Shown: in pieces, positions 37,872 through 46,769 of the stretch | Layout of the letters: each line of letters begins with the position of its first letter | Numbering within the stretch: the first letter of the stretch is position 1 | Assembly (NCBI GenBank): GCA_963772935.1 | Contig: CAVYZK010000001.1 | Location: 166,001 to 230,000, forward strand | Source of the DNA: an uncultured Alphaproteobacteria bacterium | GTDB taxonomy: Bacteria > Pseudomonadota > Alphaproteobacteria > Rhodobacterales > Rhodobacteraceae | DNA: 64,000 bases | Reading direction: 5' to 3' | Notes under the pieces: model-generated | The model's database searches: none | What the model was told of the DNA's origin: nothing | Seen by the model: the letters and a program-made list of their open reading frames with translations, nothing else | Program-made: the position numbers and the translations under genes

Positions 37872-39046
37872 GCTGCAGCCCCGTAAGATTTGGGCAATCC
37901 CAACACCTGCTCTGCAATGTAGCACAAGATCAGGTTGGTAGAGATCGGAGCCACCTGATACAGTCGGGCCTCACGGAATTTGCGTTCCACATCATATTCT
38001 TCCGCAAACCCAAAGCCACCATGCGTTTGCAAGCAAGCCTCGGCAGCCTCCCAACTGGCATCTGCTGCCAGCATCTTGGCGGTGTTGGCCTCGACCCCCG
38101 GATTGTGACCCGCATCATACATTGCGGCGGCGCGGTAAACGATGGCTTCTGCCGCCATCATATGGGCGTAAGCGCGCGCCAGAGGGAACTGCACGCCTTG
38201 GTTCTTGCCGATTGGCGCGCCAAAGATCACCCGTTCCTTGGCATAGGCCGATGCCTTGTCGATGAACCACTTGGCGTCCCCGATACATTCCGCTGCAATC
38301 AGGATGCGTTCGGAATTCATCCCCGAAAGAATATAGCGAAACCCTTTGCCCTCTTCGCCAATCAGGGACGAGGCCGGGATGCGCACATTGTCAAAAAAAA
38401 CCTCTGTGGTGGCATGGTTGATCATGGCGCGGATCGGGCGGATGGTCACGCCGTTACCGACCAGTTTGCGCAGGTCGATCAGGAACACCGACAGCCCGTC
38501 CGTCTTGGATTTCGCCTGATCGCGCGGCGTGGTACGGGCCAAAAGCAGCATCAGATCGGTATGTTCGGCGCGGCTGGTCCAGATTTTCTGGCCGTTGATC
38601 ACATAGTCATCGCCGTCCCGCCGGGCGGTGGTTTTCAACGCCAGCGTGTCGGTGCCGCTGGTCGGCTCTGTCACACCAAAGGCCTGCAGCCGCAGTGATC
38701 CTTCGGCGATACCCGGCAGATACTGCTGTTTTTGCGCATCATTGCCATGCCGCAGCACGGTGCCCATCGTATACATCTGCGCGTGGCAGGCGGCAGCGTT
38801 GCAGCCGTTTCGATGAATCTCCTCAAGAATAACCGCCGAGGCCTGCAGGTTCAGACCCGATCCGCCGTAACTTTCGGGTATCATCGCGGCCAGATAGCCT
38901 TCGCGGATCAGCGCCGCGACAAAATCGGTCGGATAGGCCTTGCGGGCATCCAGATCGCGCCAGTACGCCCCCGGAAAGCCCGCACAAACATTGGCCACGC
39001 CTTCACGGATGGCAGCATATTCGGCGGTCGGATCAAAACTGGTCAT
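37868..39046 (-). CDS. acyl-CoA dehydrogenase
   Basis: 392 aa with 'VTEPTSGTD' and the C-terminal 'GGFGFAEEYDVERKFREARLYQVAPISTN' ACAD signature. Confidence 0.85.
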   Translation of the reverse strand: MTSFDPTAEYAAIREGVANVCAGFPGAYWRDLDARKAYPTDFVAALIREGYLAAMIPESYGGSGLNLQASAVILEEIHRNGCNAAACHAQMYTMGTVLRHGNDAQKQQYLPGIAEGSLRLQAFGVTEPTSGTDTLALKTTARRDGDDYVINGQKIWTSRAEHTDLMLLLARTTPRDQAKSKTDGLSVFLIDLRKLVGNGVTIRPIRAMINHATTEVFFDNVRIPASSLIGEEGKGFRYILSGMNSERILIAAECIGDAKWFIDKASAYAKERVIFGAPIGKNQGVQFPLARAYAHMMAAEAIVYRAAAMYDAGHNPGVEANTAKMLAADASWEAAEACLQTHGGFGFAEEYDVERKFREARLYQVAPISTNLILCYIAEQVLGLPKSYGAAA

Positions 39047-39159
39047 GGCGACGGTCCTTTTGAAGATTTGCGCACAAATTCGCAGAACTGGCGCTGCTTG
39101 GGAAAGAACAAAGGCTGCTTGCGCCTAGCAGAACTCGCTATGGGCAGGCTGTTTGACAT

Positions 39160-40089
39160 TCAGAACACCGCCTCCATGGACGACTGAATGGCTTTTGCAC
39201 GATTGAAGATGGCCTCGGACAAAATCTCAGGCAACCGGTGTTCGGGCGTGCTGGGACGCAGAAGCGCAATCGTGCGCACCATGGCAGGCTCACTGATCAT
39301 GCTGATCGAAAAACGCCCCTCAGCGGCATCTGTCGCCACGGAATGGTAGGGCAGTATTGTGGCAAAATCACCCGAAGTGCCGTCCAGCATCGCTTTCACT
39401 GCGTTCAGGCTGTCAAGCTCAAGCGCGGGCACCAACGGGATGCCGCGTGTGGCTGCCACCGCGTCGATGATGCGGCGCAGTTGATGGTGGGCACTGGGCA
39501 GGATCAAGCGTTGGCGGGAAAGGTCATCCAACGTCAAAGGATGGGTGGATTGCCTCTGCCCGGCCAGCACCAGCTTTTCCGATAGAAGGTTGGTCACATC
39601 CAGACCGTCGGTATCAGGCTGGCTGTAAGTCAGCGCCAGATGCAACCGCCCGCAGGCCATAAGACTGCGAAGATCGCCGGAATAAGCCTCTATCACCGTA
39701 AGGGTCAAAGTTGGCGCAGACTGACGCAGCGCCTCTTGCAGAGGTGCCAGAAACAGCGGTGCGATGGTGGGGCAGATGCCAAGGCTGACATGCGCAGGGC
39801 CTGCCCCAAAATCGCGCTGCACCCGCTCGATCAGCAGATCAAGGCTTTCCAGATGCAATCGCGCACCGCTCATCAGTGCGGCTCCTGCCTCGGTTGGCAC
39901 GGCGTTGCGACCATTGCGGGTGAACAACTCCATCCCCAACTCGTGCTCCAGCAGTTGTACCTGCCGGGTCAGGGCGGGCTGCGCGATACCGATCACCGGG
40001 GCAGCCTTGGAAAACCCGCCATTGTCGCAGACCGCCACAAAGTAGCGCAGCCGCCGGATGTCCACACCGGGTTTTTCCAACCGTCCCAT
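39160..40089 (-). CDS. LysR-family transcriptional regulator
   Basis: 'IRRLRYFVAVCDNGGFSKAAPVIGIAQPALTRQVQLLE' HTH. The ATG lies 3 nt after the transporter stop (TAG-CGG-ATG). Confidence 0.85.
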   Translation of the reverse strand: MGRLEKPGVDIRRLRYFVAVCDNGGFSKAAPVIGIAQPALTRQVQLLEHELGMELFTRNGRNAVPTEAGAALMSGARLHLESLDLLIERVQRDFGAGPAHVSLGICPTIAPLFLAPLQEALRQSAPTLTLTVIEAYSGDLRSLMACGRLHLALTYSQPDTDGLDVTNLLSEKLVLAGQRQSTHPLTLDDLSRQRLILPSAHHQLRRIIDAVAATRGIPLVPALELDSLNAVKAMLDGTSGDFATILPYHSVATDAAEGRFSISMISEPAMVRTIALLRPSTPEHRLPEILSEAIFNRAKAIQSSMEAVF

Positions 40090-40092
40090 CCG

Positions 40093-41967
40093 CTACCGCC
40101 CCTCAACGCTGCGCGCCGAAACTCGGGTCAGGCTAGAGGCGATCCAGTCGGGCGCCGTTTTGCTGGCTGGATCATCCAACACCACCCGGCGCAGGCCCTG
40201 ATCCGACGTTGTGCCAAGCTGCGCGCCATAGGTCAGCCACCAGACCAGCGGCACGCCAATCAGCCAGAACAGCAATTGCCAGACCCAAAGGGATGGCACA
40301 CCCAAGGCGGCATCGCCGGTGGTGAAAATCGGCTGGCTGAAAAAGGTGTTCCCCAGGATCGCCCCCGGCCCCAAGGCGAAGAACGCCCAGATCAAGGTCA
40401 GTGACCATTTCGCGTTGCGCGCGGGCTTGGTCCCGAAATCGACGCGCCATGTTGCAGCAAATTCATCATGCAGGCGGTCGCGGTGCCTGCGTTCGGCCCC
40501 GCTGCGGGTGAAGATTGCAACCAGCAGCACCGCACCGACGTTGAAGGCAAGTCCCCAGGCGGCAGAGTGGATGGTCAACGGCCAGCGACCCCATGGCAAA
40601 TCCACAAACAGCCCCTCAAACAGGATCAGGCCCAGTGGTTCGGTGAACAGCACCATCAGCCCGCCAAAGATCAGGCCGACCAGAACCGCACTGCGGCTGA
40701 TCCAGCGCAGGAAGGTGAGGCCCAGAAACGCAGGCAGCATCTGCACCGCCAAGGGCAGGGCAAGGCTGCCGAAGACCGCTGACGCGAGGGGCGCAAAGGC
40801 GGCAAGGGCCGCCACAAGCGCAAAGGCGATGGCCAGAGTGACACGAATGGTCAGCCGGGCCTTGGCAGGCGACAGATCGGGCAGAACATATGGCAAGATC
40901 ACGTCGCGGCAGACCAATATCGCGCCTGAGGTGGTAAAGAAAGCGACCGCCATCTGCGCTGTGACGATCACAAGCAGCAGAAGGCCAACCCCGGCAAATG
41001 GCTCTATCACGCCGAGTTCGGCGGCAAGCGCCGCTGGCCCCTGCCCCATCCGCAACGCGAGCATCGGCCCCGCGATCAGCAGCACCCCCGTCAGTAACGC
41101 CGCAATCAGCCAGACCGGCGCAAACCCCGCGCTCCGCCCGGCCCGCGCCGTCATGCCAAGGAACAAGAATCCCGGCGACAGCACGATCCCGATCAGCGAC
41201 AGCGCGGCCGACGCAATCCCGACCCCGGTGAAGATGCCACCCTGTGGCGCGCCTTTACCGATGCCCGCCGAAAACTGGATCACGCCGGGGATCTGGTCGG
41301 CAAGGATGCCCGTAGCGACGGGCATTGCAGCAGTGGGAAATCCCGGCCCACTCAACATCAACGCGCCGAACCCGGCCAAACCCGGAAGCAGCACGACCAG
41401 CAGCACCGATTGCAGCGCCAACACCAGCACGGTGGCACGCCAACCGCCGATCACGGCAGGCAGGAACAAAAAGAACGCCGTCACCCAGATTGCCGTGGCG
41501 CGGGGCACAGCACCATTCGTTGCCTCCGCCAGCAGCCCGCCCAGTTGTGCCAGCAGGTTAGCGGCAAAGGGCAAGCCGAACAGCAGTGCCAGCGTCAGCA
41601 TCACGATGCGCAGCGACACGCTTTGATAATAGCGTCCCAGCGCCTCGCCGGGGCTGGACAGCCCGGCAATCCGCGCCGCCAACCAAAGGCGTTTTTGCAG
41701 CAGCAGCGCGGTCAGGGCGGCAAGGATCAGGCCAAGGGCGATGTGACTGGCTTGCAAACCGAAGCGGTTGATCAGGGCAAGATGGTCAGACAGACCCATA
41801 CCCGCCACCATCACCCCGGCCGAAGCAAAGCTGACTGCCCAGCCGGGCAGATCAGCCCCCGCGTCACCGAAACTCGCAGGCGCAGGCGCGGCGCGGGCCA
41901 CGAGGGCCGCAAGATACACCCCGACAGCCACCAGAAAGGCGAGCGTCATGATCAGGAACGGCGTCAC
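40093..41967 (-). CDS. large polytopic membrane transporter, sodium:solute symporter (SSF)-like
   Basis: About 624 aa with at least 12 hydrophobic segments and a Gly/Ala/Leu-rich composition. GTG start forms a GTGA overlap with the upstream small-protein stop. The family call is tentative. The track start at 42306 is rejected because it overlaps. Confidence 0.5.
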   Translation of the reverse strand: MTPFLIMTLAFLVAVGVYLAALVARAAPAPASFGDAGADLPGWAVSFASAGVMVAGMGLSDHLALINRFGLQASHIALGLILAALTALLLQKRLWLAARIAGLSSPGEALGRYYQSVSLRIVMLTLALLFGLPFAANLLAQLGGLLAEATNGAVPRATAIWVTAFFLFLPAVIGGWRATVLVLALQSVLLVVLLPGLAGFGALMLSGPGFPTAAMPVATGILADQIPGVIQFSAGIGKGAPQGGIFTGVGIASAALSLIGIVLSPGFLFLGMTARAGRSAGFAPVWLIAALLTGVLLIAGPMLALRMGQGPAALAAELGVIEPFAGVGLLLLVIVTAQMAVAFFTTSGAILVCRDVILPYVLPDLSPAKARLTIRVTLAIAFALVAALAAFAPLASAVFGSLALPLAVQMLPAFLGLTFLRWISRSAVLVGLIFGGLMVLFTEPLGLILFEGLFVDLPWGRWPLTIHSAAWGLAFNVGAVLLVAIFTRSGAERRHRDRLHDEFAATWRVDFGTKPARNAKWSLTLIWAFFALGPGAILGNTFFSQPIFTTGDAALGVPSLWVWQLLFWLIGVPLVWWLTYGAQLGTTSDQGLRRVVLDDPASKTAPDWIASSLTRVSARSVEGR

Positions 41968-42431
41968 CGGCGCTCCCCCCGGTTCAGGCGCGAGGCACGG
42001 CGGGGGTTGTTGTCGCGGATGATGTCGAACCGTGCAAACGCATCGCGGGTGCCAAAGCGCGTCAGCATGTAGAACACGGCGGCTAGCAGCAGGACGATCA
42101 TCCCCCCTGCCACCGGCAGAAAGAACCGCGCGGCAAAGCCGTCGCCCAGCAATACCGCCAGAACCAGTGCCACCAGCCCGGTCGCATAGACCACCATCGC
42201 CAGCCCCACCTCGCGCGGGGTGAAACCCGTGCCCAGTGTGGCATTGACGATCACATGCGCCGCAAACCCCGCTAGCAAGGCGGCGAACCCGCCCGCCACC
42301 CACCACGCGCCACCGGGGCCAAAACCGTAGTGCAGCAGCCCCAGTGCCACGAACCCCGCAGGCAGCCAGACCGCCAGCACCAGCGCGTGACGGTCCAGCC
42401 GCATGGTGGCCTCATCCTCTGACGACATCAT
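41964..42431 (-). CDS. small integral membrane protein (about 4 TM), unknown family
   Basis: 155 aa with four hydrophobic segments and a basic tail '...NNPRRASRLNRGERR'. Translationally coupled to the transporter gene. Confidence 0.5.
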   Translation of the reverse strand: MMSSEDEATMRLDRHALVLAVWLPAGFVALGLLHYGFGPGGAWWVAGGFAALLAGFAAHVIVNATLGTGFTPREVGLAMVVYATGLVALVLAVLLGDGFAARFFLPVAGGMIVLLLAAVFYMLTRFGTRDAFARFDIIRDNNPRRASRLNRGERR

Positions 42432-42444
42432 TCAAGCCCCCGTT

Positions 42445-44650
42445 TCAGTCGTCATCCTTGTCGGCCTTCGGGGCCGGAACCGGCGCGAAGTTGCGGAAGG
42501 ACATGCCGCCCGCCGAGCCAAGGTTCTTCAGCGGCAAGCCGATTTCCTCCATCAAGCCCGTCCACGAAGGCCACTTGGGTGCGGTACTTCATCGCTGAAT
42601 TCACCACCTGATCGGACACATTGCCACCGCCGCCGCCACCGGACCCGCCAGAGCCGGTTTCAGATGGGCTGTTCAGCCCCGGCAAACCATCGACATGCAG
42701 GATCTTGATGCTGTCGATGTTTTCCATCGGCTTGACGGTTTCCTTGATGATCGCAGGCAGGGTCTTGACCAGATGTTCGTAGATTGCCGACCGGCGGCTT
42801 TCGTCGTTCCGCATGTTCTCGGCATCATTCAGCTTGCGCTGACCTTCCGCGTCAGATTCGTAGCGCACGTCTGCCGCATGGGCCTCGGCAATCTCGGCCA
42901 GGGCGCGCTGTTCCACAGCCTGCTTATCGGCCTCGGCGGCGCGGACCGTGCGCAGGGCATCGCGTTCGGCCGCGGATTCAGCCGCGATAATCTCCACCCG
43001 CGCGTTTCGGTTGGCACCTTCCTCCGCGCGCACCGTCGTGACCTGTTCCTCGGCCACCGCCAGCACGCGGCGGGCCTCGGCCTCGGATGTGCGCACCACG
43101 GCCTCTTCGATGGCCTTGTTGACCACGGCAATCAGGCGCTGCTTGTCGGCCAGTTCAATCTCCATGTCCTGCTCGATCACAAAGCGGTCGATGTATTTCT
43201 GCGCGGCGATCCGCAGTTCTTCCACCTCGCGCGAGGCCACGATCTGCGCATCCTCGACCCGCCGGAAGCTGAGCGTTTCGGCCAGTTTGATCTTCTGCTG
43301 CTTGGCGATTTCCTGTTGCGCGACTTCCTCGTCGGCCTTCACCCGGTCAAGGTCAACCGCCTGCCGCTTGGCGATGACGGCGCGTTCCTGTGCCGCCGCC
43401 GCCTGTTCGTTTGACACGCGGATGTCGCGGCCCTTGGCCACCTCCAGCAGTTCGATCTCCATCGAGGTGGCGATGCGCGCGGCTTCCACCTCGCGGTCAC
43501 GGTCAAGGCGGGCCTGTTCAATCTCGCCCGTCGATTTCACGTCATAAACCTCAAGCTCCAGCCGCGATTTGATCTCGGCCTCCTTGATCTGGCGGTCGCC
43601 TTCGATGCGGTCGGATTCGACCTGCTGGCGGGTCTGGATGCGCTGTGTTTCAAGCGCCGAGCGTGAGGCAATCTCGGCCAGTTCAGTATCTTTCTGCCGC
43701 TCAATCTCCAGACTGCGGGTGTCGTTTGCCGCACGGATGCGTTCGGCCTCCACCGCCTGATCGGTGGTGATGCGCAGGCGTTCGGATTCCTCTTGCGCGC
43801 GCACCTTGGACTGGTTGATCGAGATGGCGGATTGCGCGCGTTCGGCCTCGATCTCGGCCAGTTGGGCTGCCTTGCGGATTTCGATGGCCCGGCTTTGGTC
43901 GATGCGGGCGTATTCCAGATCGCGGTCGATTTCCAGGGCACGGCTGGCGGCCTCGTAATCCTTTTGCTTGATGTCGATGCGGGCCTCATTCTCAATCCGG
44001 TTGCGGATCTTGCGGCGGTCCTCGATCTGTTCGGTAAGCTGGGTCAACCCCTCGGCGTCAAAGGCGTTGGACGGGTTGAACACCGAAATATCCGATTGGT
44101 TCAGCGCGGTCAGCGAGGCGTTTTCCAGCTCCAGCCCGTTGGTGCCAAGCGTGGCCCCAGCCTGTTCGGCCACCCGACGGATATATCCTGCACGGTCCTG
44201 ATGAATTTCCTCCATCGTCATGCTGGCCGCAACGGATGCCATGGCGTCGATGAACCGGCTTTGGATGATTTCCTTCAGCGCCATGGGTTCCTGGGTGCGT
44301 GCGCCAAGGGTGCGGGCGGCGGTGGATACACCCTCTTTGGTCGCAATCACCCGCACGAAGAACTCGGCGGAAATATCCACCCGCATCTTGTTGCGGGTGA
44401 TCAGCGATTGTTCCCCCACCCGGCGGATTTCCACCGGGATGGCGTTCATGTTCACCACCGTGATGTCATGGATGATCGGGATCACCAGCGCCCCCCCGCC
44501 CATCACCACACGCTCGCCACCAGACCCGGTGCGCACAAAGCTTTGGTCCTTGGACGAATGGCGATACAGCCAGTGCAGCAGATAGACCCCGACCGCGATC
44601 AGGATCGTCAGAAGTATCAGAATGGCAATTGCATCAGCGCCGGTCATCAT
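42445..44650 (-). pseudogene. flotillin / SPFH-domain protein (YqiK-like), 1-nt frameshift about 35 codons before the stop
   Basis: N-terminal TM segment plus 'FVRTGSGGERVVMGGGALVIPIIH' (compare YqiK 'FVRTGLGGQKVVMSGGAIVMPIFH'), then a long Glu/Ala/Arg coiled coil. After '...YRTQVAFVDGL' the YqiK-like tail 'MEEIGLPLKNLGSAGGMSF...KADKDDD' is in a different frame, with its stop at 42445-42447. Confidence 0.8.
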
Positions 44651-44683
44651 CTTTTCCTTTCGTCAGGCTCACGCCCGGGCAAA

Positions 44684-45376
44684 TCAATACCGTTCCTGGC
44701 CAGCGACGGCCAAAACGATCAGCGACGGGGTGATCAGGTTGATCAGGTCGAACAGGGTATAGAGGGCAATCACACCGGGGGCTTGGCCCGCGCCGATCAC
44801 CACATCGACAAAGTGCAGGATCGGGTAGATCGCCCAGCCGATGGTGAAGATCAGGCGTATCCAGAAATAGCCCAGACGCACGGCCCGGCTGCCCTTGCGG
44901 ATGGCATCGGGCATCGCCCCGAAATACATCTCGCCCAGAATATACAGCCAGAACCCGATGGACAGCAGCGCGCCAAGCGTGGGGTTGAAGAACGCGGCAT
45001 CGCCCAGATAGCGTGAAAACACCATCAACAGCGCCGCCGCCGTCATCCGCCAGAACACGCCCACCGGGATTTTCCCCATGCTGCGGGCAAAGAAGTAGAC
45101 CGCCGCCACCTGCAAGGGCTGCACGGTGAACCAGCCGGAAAACCGGATGCCGCCACTGGCCTTGCCCGCCATCAGCCACAGCGATGTGGCCCCGGCATAG
45201 TGCAGCGCGCTCGCCAGCGCCGCCACTCCCACCATCGCCACCGGCAACCGCCATTTGTCACCCGACCATGTCAGGCCCAGAAAGCACAGGATCGCGGTAG
45301 AGAACGTCGCCAGCAAGGCCGCCGCAAAGGCGCTGCTGACCACATCTTGCGAGGTATACAAAGCTCCGAACATCAT
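44684..45376 (-). CDS. proteorhodopsin/xanthorhodopsin-fold 7-TM protein lacking the retinal-binding lysine (opsin-like, K->L)
   Basis: Collinear with green proteorhodopsin as recalled: 'ALHYAGATSLW', 'RFSGWFTVQPL', 'LLMVFSRYLGDA', 'GWAIYPILHF', 'YTLFDLINLITPSL'. Leu214 (CTG 44735-44737) replaces the Schiff-base Lys. AGGAAGG upstream of ATG 45376. Confidence 0.7.
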   Translation of the reverse strand: MMFGALYTSQDVVSSAFAAALLATFSTAILCFLGLTWSGDKWRLPVAMVGVAALASALHYAGATSLWLMAGKASGGIRFSGWFTVQPLQVAAVYFFARSMGKIPVGVFWRMTAAALLMVFSRYLGDAAFFNPTLGALLSIGFWLYILGEMYFGAMPDAIRKGSRAVRLGYFWIRLIFTIGWAIYPILHFVDVVIGAGQAPGVIALYTLFDLINLITPSLIVLAVAGQERY

Positions 45377-45385
45377 GTGCCCTTC

Positions 45386-46769
45386 CTAGACTTGCGCTCT
45401 GATATGCGGCGATCGGCCATACAGCGCGACCATCGGCAAGATCAGCAGACCGAAGATGAATTGTTGCCATTCGTATTTCAGGCCGATCCCGATCAGGAAT
45501 GATGACAGCACCTGAAGCACCAGCACCCCGATCACGGTGAACCCGTAGCCACCGTTGCCGCCAATCAGCGAGGTGCCGCCAATGACCACTGCCGCCAGCG
45601 TGGTGAACAGATAGGGATCGCCCACCCCGATGAACCCGCCGCCCGACCACCCCAGCAGCAGCGATCCGGTCAGGGCGGCAAACACGCCCGACAGGGTGTA
45701 GGCGAGGGTCCAGTATTTGAACTCGCGACACGCCGATCAGCTTGGCTGACCGACGGTTGCCGCCAAGCGCATAGATGTAGCGACCGTAGGCCGAATAGCG
45801 CAGCGCCACGATCACGATAATCGCCAGCACGATCCAGATCAGGATGGTGGGCGGAAAGCCAAGGCCAAAGGTCTGCCCGTTCATCGCCGCCAGATTCTGC
45901 AACCACGGCGGCACCGTGCCGAACACGTTGCCGCCAAAGGCCGACCCGATGGAGGTCAGGATCTGCGTCAGCCCCGCCACCGCAAACCCCATGCCCAGCG
46001 TCATGATCAGCGCCTGCCCTTGCAGTTTGTAACTGAGCACCCCGTTGATGAACCCGATCACCCCGCCGATGATCAGCACAAACCCCGCCGCCACGAAGGA
46101 TGGCACCCCAAGGCTGATCAGGAACAAAAGCCCGATGTTGGATGCCCCGATCACGAAGGGGATCGACAGGTCCAGCCCCCCCATCAGCGCCACCAGCGTC
46201 TGCCCGATACAGGCGATGCCAAGGAAGGCCGCGAACAGCAGGATCGCCTTGATGTTGGGGCCGGACAGGAACCCCTCAATCGTGAAGGATGAAATCACGA
46301 TCAGGGCCACCAGCACGATCAACCCGATAAACGCGGAACGGCCCGTGGCGAACTGGCCCGAGACTTTGAAGGCGAACAGCAAGATCGCCTCCAGCACCAG
46401 AAAGGCGATCAGGTTGGTGATCGACCGGAACTCTGGCACAGTGGCCGTGACGATCAGATAGACCAGCAAAAGCAGGACCATGGCGATGATCAGCACCCGG
46501 TTGGACCGCCAGACCCCGGCGGTTTTCGGTGCCGGATCGCGCACCACCGCGCGCGTCTCGAACATCACCGCGATGTAGTTCAGCAGCCACAGCAGCACGG
46601 CGACCGAGATCACCGTCGAAAGGATCACGGTCTGCGCCTTGACCCCCTGCCCAAAGCCAAGGCCAAAGCCGATGGCGGCGACGATCAGGGCCAGCGCAAG
46701 GTTCATCCAGATCAGAAAACCCGAGCGGGGAATGGGGATCAGGTGCTGGCGTGGTGGCAGATCGGTCAT
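45386..46769 (-). pseudogene. sugar-type ABC permease with about 130-aa extra N-terminal TM region, 1-nt frameshift near 45720-45733
   Basis: Core motif 'LVALMGGLDLSIPFVIG'. The reading frame is good to '...GGNRRSAKLIGVS'. It continues in another frame as 'REFKYWTLAYTLSGVFAALTGSLLLGW...'. Span is 1384 nt (3n+1). ATGA overlap with the preceding permease. Confidence 0.8.

Noticed and set aside
44684-45376. The opsin-like ORF might only appear to lack Lys because of a local frameshift or misalignment.
   Set aside because: The alignment to proteorhodopsin is continuous through helices F and G ('GWAIYP...YTLFDLINLITPSL'), with the conserved Asp four residues before the Leu. Three other functional positions in helix C are also substituted, and a single indel cannot produce that.
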